In this document: one piece after another, positions 15,256 through 20,000 of the stretch | Numbering within the stretch: the stretch's first letter is position 1 | Layout: every line of letters starts with the position of its first letter | Assembly (NCBI GenBank): GCA_031400935.1 | Contig: JANNQV010000035.1 | Location: 50,753 to 70,752, forward strand | DNA: 20,000 bases | Reading direction: 5' to 3' | Source: Armatimonadota bacterium | GTDB lineage: Bacteria; Armatimonadota; Fimbriimonadia; Fimbriimonadales; Fimbriimonadaceae | Position numbers and translations under genes: made by a program | The notes under the pieces: generated by a model | The model's database searches: none | Told to the model about the DNA's origin: nothing | What the model saw: only the letters and a program-made list of their open reading frames with translations

Positions 15256-16112
15256 ACGTACGTTGACGGGAATAAATCCCGCAATTCAGCGAGCGCTCGC
15301 GCGATATTTAACTCAGAAAAAATTTCACGCTTAAGCTTGGGAGCCCATTCAGTATTCGTGGCGATAACATGCTTAACATTCTCCCCCGTGACTTCCGTTC
15401 CTCGCTCGATAAGATCAAGGGCGGCAAAATCAACGGTTGCCAATAACTCCAGATCATCGTTTGTTCGACGGCCCAGTTTATTAACGACCCATTCGACGGC
15501 CGAGCAAACTGAATAGCGGGAAAGATACTGGTCAATTCTGTCAATTTTGTCCCCCACCACGAACCCTTCGTAAACGCCAACCTTTGCGCGCTTAACATAA
15601 CCGTTTTTTAACGCGATGTTCTCCGGCCCTTGATACTTCGCCCAAGGGCTATATGGGCCAGCAGCTTTTTTGAGAAACTGTTCACTAACATCATGCTCCG
15701 CTTTTCGATGGGAGAGATAGCCCAGTTTATTATAGCGCTTACGTCCCAGTGGAAACTTTGACGTAGATATTAATCGGGTGAGTTGGGCAATCACCACGGC
15801 CTCGACAAACTCCTCCCTGACTTTAGGCGAAGGATTAGAAGCTCCACTCCTGTTGCACTTTGTTGCAGACATGGGAACAACGTTGTTGGCAACGACACTG
15901 ACTGCCGCATGCTCAATTTGATCGAGTATTGATGAGGGGTCTCGCAGCCGGGGAGGAACTGTAACCGGATACTTTTTCAGCCTTGCCTTGGCGAGTCTAA
16001 CTTCTTCGACGGTCTTTGGAATGATAACGCCTTCCTCTCTTAATGCTTGGCGTATCTTTTCATCGAGTGCGTCGGGTTTTGTGACCGGTTTGGATGGATC
16101 ACGGGGTTTCAT
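15252..16112 (-). CDS. Sigma-coupled two-domain protein: N-terminal putative anti-sigma segment plus a DarG-C-terminal/SocA(Panacea)-like domain
   Basis: ATG 16112 overlaps the sigma stop (ATGA); 286 aa. C-terminal motifs LGRKRYNKLGYL, KAAGPYS, LELLATVDF, EW..KL...FSE.NI..AL..L. Confidence 0.7.
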   Translation of the reverse strand: MKPRDPSKPVTKPDALDEKIRQALREEGVIIPKTVEEVRLAKARLKKYPVTVPPRLRDPSSILDQIEHAAVSVVANNVVPMSATKCNRSGASNPSPKVREEFVEAVVIAQLTRLISTSKFPLGRKRYNKLGYLSHRKAEHDVSEQFLKKAAGPYSPWAKYQGPENIALKNGYVKRAKVGVYEGFVVGDKIDRIDQYLSRYSVCSAVEWVVNKLGRRTNDDLELLATVDFAALDLIERGTEVTGENVKHVIATNTEWAPKLKREIFSELNIARALAELRDLFPSTYV

Positions 16113-16801
16113 TTTGGAATCTCTGCAGTTTTCTTGGTAGTTTTGTAATTCAAAAGCTTCTTGCGGGCGCGTTCCCAAATCTTTCTAAAATTTTCTCGCG
16201 ATATCCCCAAAGTCTCAACGATTTCGTCCAAATCTCTTGTGGGGGTGCGTTGCTGTTCACGGCATTCGTAAAACTGGCTCCTCGCCCAAATAACAGTCTG
16301 TTCTTTGGGGGACAAACTGTCGATGGCCGCGCGCATCAATTCTACGTCTTCAGCTTCCTCTCCCCAGACAATCTCCGGAACTTCAAAAACATCATCTTCG
16401 CCTTCTAGCAACGTCGGATCAAAATTGACGCACTTGGGCTTCCGTCTCAATAAATCAAAGAGGACATTCTCAGCGATTCCGCCCAGCCACGCGTCTGCCT
16501 TGTCTTTCAACTCATCGGCACCAACCAAGCCCTCAGCCTTAAAACTATCCGCACTTTTTAACGCCTTGATCATCGTTGCCTGGAACAGATCGAATTCATC
16601 AAAAAAACCAAATTTGTACCGGTTGGCCAAGTTGAAGCAAATGGCGTGTAAATAGTCAACATGCCGACGATAGAACGCAGCAGAGGCGTCCCGCCAAGCC
16701 CCAGCATCGCCTTTGGCAATGCTTGAAAGGAGCTTGTCGTCCTTTTCCGCGTCCCAGTTTGTTTTCAGGGGCGCTGCATCTTGTAGTGCCTGCTTTTCCA
16801 A
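16109..16801 (-). CDS. ECF-type (sigma-70 group 4) RNA polymerase sigma factor
   Basis: Region 2: DDKLL..IAKGD..A...FYRRH...DLFQATMIKA..F...AWLGGIAENVLFDLLRRK. Region 4: AIDSLSPKEQTVI...EIVETLGISRENFRKIWERARKKL. Start uncertain: TTG 16801 chosen; ATG 16843 and GTG 16819 fall in or at the edge of the repeat element. Confidence 0.88.
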   Translation of the reverse strand: MEKQALQDAAPLKTNWDAEKDDKLLSSIAKGDAGAWRDASAAFYRRHVDYLHAICFNLANRYKFGFFDEFDLFQATMIKALKSADSFKAEGLVGADELKDKADAWLGGIAENVLFDLLRRKPKCVNFDPTLLEGEDDVFEVPEIVWGEEAEDVELMRAAIDSLSPKEQTVIWARSQFYECREQQRTPTRDLDEIVETLGISRENFRKIWERARKKLLNYKTTKKTAEIPK

Positions 16802-16805
16802 ACCT

Positions 16806-16903
16806 TTTTTACCCTTCACTACTGATACGCAGGAGCGTGACATCCGGCCTTTCGTCAGTCCAGCGTTGTCACGCTCCTGCGTAACATCTTTGAAGGGGGA
16901 AAA
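16806..16903. promoter_or_regulatory. Mirror-image 37-bp elements (divergent twin promoters/operators) between the sigma and Ubl operons
   Basis: TGTCACGCTCCTGCGTA-N7-TGAAGGG-N2-AAAA on the + strand (16867-16903) and on the - strand (16842-16806); 17-bp perfect core, 30/37 overall, 24-bp spacer. Confidence 0.7.
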
Positions 16904-16964
16904 CGCAGGTCTGCAGGGTGCAGAAGATGCAATACCCCCCAATAACAACAAACACTGACAACAT

Positions 16965-18098
16965 ATGGCAACACGAAAACAATTCGAGCAAGGCGATGCC
17001 TTGCATAAACATACGACTGATTGTATCCCCGCGTCGAAGTGGGCTGCACTGATTGATGATGTCGTCGTTCCCGCGCCGCAACGCGAGGTTAAGGTCAGTG
17101 TCTTGCTGGCTCAGGCCGGAGCCAAGCCGGGGCAGGTTCTGGTTCGCGATCACGGCGGTGAGCAAGATACCGCAATTGAGGATAACGAAGTCCTCGACCT
17201 GGCAACGGGGAACGATTTTTACGTTGTTCCAAGCTGCGACGCGCCAAAGAAATGCCACTGCACCAAGCCCGCAAAACTCGCCTTATTTGTGGATGACCGG
17301 CCCGAGGTCACATTGAACCCGGAGCAAACAGGTAAAACCATCCGGGAACTGTTCGGCCTCAAAGCTGACGTCATTCTGGTTCGTGATTATGAGTCGGATC
17401 ACGACGAGCCGGTCGGGTTGGAAGATGCCGCGCCCTTTGGCAAGGGGCCGGTGTTCATCACCCGGCGGCAGCACGCCGCGCTCAAAATCATCGTGAACAG
17501 CAAACCATTCACGGAAACTGATGGCGTGAAGAAGCACATGACAGGCCGGCAAATCGCGGCGTTGGTCAGCGATTGCCCGGACAACACGGAAGTGTTCCTA
17601 CTGGAGCAAGGACATCAACCCAAAGCCGTACCGCTCGATCAGGAAATCCTGGTCAAGAATTGCGATGAGTTCCGGGTCATCCGCAACAATGTCGCCGGCG
17701 GTTTCGAGCCGTCGCGCATCCAGCGCGAGTTGGACTGGCTACGCCAAGGCGGCGGGCGCGCGGACTTCATCGAACAGCCCTTTGCTGCGGTCATTTATCG
17801 GGATGTTCCAACGCGTCCCGGTTACGCGCACCTTGCGCTGACAGATGTGCTCGTCATCGTGCCGGGTGGTTATCCCGGCCAGCCGCTGGATGGTGCTCAT
17901 CTGCCCGAAGGTTCGCCCTTGCTGGGCCGCGTCGCCGGCTCACCGCAAGGTGTCGTCGTGACCGCCGAGCGACGATGGCAACTCGTGAGCTATCACCCGC
18001 ACAACGGCGGTGGCGCTCCACCGTGGAACAAGGACAAACACGGCTTGCACACTTACTTCGATGAAATCCTTTGCTGGATTCACCGTGCCAACAACTGA
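16965..18098 (+). CDS. Multi-ubiquitin-domain protein (three beta-grasp Ubls ending VAGG) fused to a prokaryotic E2-like (Prok-E2_E type) domain
   Basis: Three repeated Ubl-like units (..IDD/VDD/VNS..TG..I..L..LVRD..D..F), internal Gly245-Gly246, then E2-like DVLVIVPGGYPGQPLDG and WQLVSYH...W...HGLHTYFDEI. Confidence 0.85.
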   Translation: MATRKQFEQGDALHKHTTDCIPASKWAALIDDVVVPAPQREVKVSVLLAQAGAKPGQVLVRDHGGEQDTAIEDNEVLDLATGNDFYVVPSCDAPKKCHCTKPAKLALFVDDRPEVTLNPEQTGKTIRELFGLKADVILVRDYESDHDEPVGLEDAAPFGKGPVFITRRQHAALKIIVNSKPFTETDGVKKHMTGRQIAALVSDCPDNTEVFLLEQGHQPKAVPLDQEILVKNCDEFRVIRNNVAGGFEPSRIQRELDWLRQGGGRADFIEQPFAAVIYRDVPTRPGYAHLALTDVLVIVPGGYPGQPLDGAHLPEGSPLLGRVAGSPQGVVVTAERRWQLVSYHPHNGGGAPPWNKDKHGLHTYFDEILCWIHRANN

Positions 18099-19614
18099 AC
18101 CGCTTCCAATGCATGCCGCGACCCACACGCAAACGTGTCTGTTTCGGATTACGGTAGCCGACCTGGAAAAACTGCAGGCGCTCTTGTTCAAGCGGTATCC
18201 GCACTGCGAGTGGGGCAGTTTCTTCCGGTTCGGTTACCGGGTAACGAAATGGGGACTTCACGTCAGCTTCGTTGATACGATGGAGCCACAGTCGGGTGAT
18301 CTTAAACGAGAAAGCGGCATCGTTGAGTTCAGCGCCGGCTATATCCTGCGCGCCCAACTGGCCTTGGCTGACATGGAGCTTGGTATCGGCGTCATCCATT
18401 CGCACCCGCAAGGAAGCAGCACATTTGCAAGCTCGCTAGATGATGACATGGACGGTTATTTCTCGCGTGAGTTCGCAACCTACGGCGAGGGCCGCCCGTA
18501 TGTGAGTTTGCGGGTGGCGCGAAATGCCGCCGGTGAGTTCTCCTTCAGCGGTGAAGCTTGGATCAACGGTGAGCGGATGCCGGCGACTAGCTGGCTGACG
18601 GTCGGCGAAGAGCTTCGGCGAGAAGGCGCAGAACGAAATTATCGGAACCGAGACACTTCCGAACCCGAGGACGAACGCACTGCACGATTCACAGAACTTG
18701 TTGGCCCACGTGTTGGTCGCCTCAAAGGCTCGTTTGTCGCCGTCATTGGTTGCAGCGGCTTGGGCTCGCCAGCGATTCACATCCTCGTTCGCGCCGGAGT
18801 GCGCCGGTTCGTTTTGGTTGATCCCGAGTATTTCGCTCCATCGAATCAAGAACGCATGCACGGGAGTAGCTGGCGCGATCTTGAGATCATTCCGTTGAAG
18901 GTTGAAATTCTCCGCCGGCTGATTCTCGACATTGAACCGACAGCGGAAGTCACAATTATTCGCGGAAACGTCCTCGATGAAACTGTCCTCGATGAAATCT
19001 TACGATGCGATTTGGTCTTGGGTTGCACGGATAGCCAACACAGCCGCGCAGCGCTGGGAGATTATGCTAGTCACTACTTGTTGCCGTGCATTGACGCCGC
19101 CGTGTTGATGCGGGCCAAGAACGGAAAGCTCAAAGAACAAGTCGGGGAGCTTGCCCGCTACTCACCAGACGAACCGTGTCCTTGGTGCTTGGGGCGCATC
19201 AATCAGAAAGCGCTTGCGTACGAACTTCTGACTGAACAAGAACGCGAGCAACGCGCGCGTGCCGCCGCGGACGCCGTCCAGCGCGGAGTGGACGGGGCGC
19301 AGTATTGGGGCGATAAGCCGCCGCGCGAATTGACCGTAGGCTACATGACAACCATGGTCGGCGCAATGCAGGCAGGCTACGCGGAAGGCTGGATTACTGG
19401 CGCGAGCTCAATGCCGCACCAGAGATTGCAGTTTGATCTCGGAATGCCACTGCTCGGCGTTGTCCCGTGCGAGAAGCCCCGAAGGGCAGAGTGCTCATGT
19501 AATTGGACAAAAGGTTGGGGAAATCAGGCGCGAGCGGAACGCAGCGTCACCATGCCTACTCACTGGCCGCGGGCTGAAATTATTCACGGAGAGAATTATC
19601 CCGCCGTTACGTGA
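18085..19614 (+). CDS. JAB/MPN metallopeptidase fused to a ThiF/E1-like adenylyltransferase
   Basis: JAB: EWG...IHSHPQG....SSLDD. E1: VAVIGCSGLGS, VDPE....SNQERM, LKVE, LGCTDS..SR, IDAAV, Zn ligands CPWC and C-terminal CSC. Start GTG 18085 (overlapping the upstream stop) or ATG 18109. Confidence 0.9.
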   Translation: MPTTEPLPMHAATHTQTCLFRITVADLEKLQALLFKRYPHCEWGSFFRFGYRVTKWGLHVSFVDTMEPQSGDLKRESGIVEFSAGYILRAQLALADMELGIGVIHSHPQGSSTFASSLDDDMDGYFSREFATYGEGRPYVSLRVARNAAGEFSFSGEAWINGERMPATSWLTVGEELRREGAERNYRNRDTSEPEDERTARFTELVGPRVGRLKGSFVAVIGCSGLGSPAIHILVRAGVRRFVLVDPEYFAPSNQERMHGSSWRDLEIIPLKVEILRRLILDIEPTAEVTIIRGNVLDETVLDEILRCDLVLGCTDSQHSRAALGDYASHYLLPCIDAAVLMRAKNGKLKEQVGELARYSPDEPCPWCLGRINQKALAYELLTEQEREQRARAAADAVQRGVDGAQYWGDKPPRELTVGYMTTMVGAMQAGYAEGWITGASSMPHQRLQFDLGMPLLGVVPCEKPRRAECSCNWTKGWGNQARAERSVTMPTHWPRAEIIHGENYPAVT

Positions 19615-19642
19615 GGAGATGACTATTGGCGATGGTCGCGGC

Positions 19643-19900
19643 TTATTTGTCCTTCTTTATCAGAAGACGCGCTTCAATGGCCATAGCAATGCGTATGAGC
19701 TGGTTCAACGTGATCCGTCCGGTCCTTCCAGCCTCGGCTCGTTGAATTGTGTCAACAGGGACACCTGATCTTTCAGCAACTGCCTCAATTGAGAGGCTGG
19801 CTTTATCACGCAAAGCGTGGATGTTTATCCCGAGCGTCAGTTTTTCAACTTCAATTTGGACCATGAGCTGTTCTCTGGGATTCTCCAAAAATCGTTTCAT
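19643..19900 (-). CDS. XRE/Cro-C1 family HTH protein (HigA antitoxin-like)
   Basis: IHALRDKASLSIEAVAERSGVPVDTIQRAEAG...ITLNQLIRIAMAI is a classic XRE HTH. Confidence 0.85.
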   Translation of the reverse strand: MKRFLENPREQLMVQIEVEKLTLGINIHALRDKASLSIEAVAERSGVPVDTIQRAEAGRTGRITLNQLIRIAMAIEARLLIKKDK

Positions 19901-20000
19901 TGCGACCCCATTGTCAGTATCATTATTATCATTTGGTTTGTTCCACTACTGTCCGGTTAAAAACCCCGGTAAAGAGGGTTGATTATGAGGGTCGGTGGTA

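Larger units (their letters stand above)
14725..20000. mobile_element. Left end of a genomic island / integrative element inserted at tRNA-Arg(TCT); extends beyond the window
   Basis: tRNA 3' fragment, nearby tandem arm-like repeats, and an abrupt switch from housekeeping genes to sigma/Ubl/HTH cargo. No integrase within the window. Confidence 0.75.

Noticed and set aside
16965..19614. CBASS/Pycsar Cap2-Cap3 or a ThiF/MoeB sulfur-transfer operon
   Set aside because: No cyclase is in the window and the domain order (Ubl-E2; JAB-E1) differs from Cap2 (E2-E1). There are no thiamine, Moco or cysteine-synthesis genes and no rhodanese domain.

Overview
Two-part window, probably from an Armatimonadota-like bacterium (taxon is inference only). 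Bases 1-14720 are mostly core genome: cNMP-binding protein (partial), DUF433 protein, ASCH protein, an orphan OppD/DppD ATPase, purM, prfA, a UbiD/MqnL decarboxylase, an OmpR-type two-component system with a Spy/CpxP-like Gly/Gln/Pro-rich secreted protein, and an LDH-like malate dehydrogenase. A small RhuM/HNH/hypothetical accessory patch lies between purM and prfA. This part has many REP-like palindromes (one inserted in frame inside ubiD) and apparent leaderless promoters. At 14725-14772 a 3' half-copy of tRNA-Arg(TCT) and a nearby tandem 11-mer mark the att end of an integrated island running off the right edge. The island carries a bacterial ubiquitin-like conjugation module: a (Ubl)x3-GG-E2 polyprotein and a JAB-E1(ThiF) fusion, apparently lacking the usual catalytic cysteines. 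It is divergently paired with a translationally coupled operon of an ECF sigma factor, a DarG-C/Panacea-like partner and a small membrane protein. The two operons share a mirror-image 37-bp element that looks like twin promoters. This sigma-linked Ubl system is the main candidate for an undescribed system. All family assignments come from motif recognition; no searches were run.
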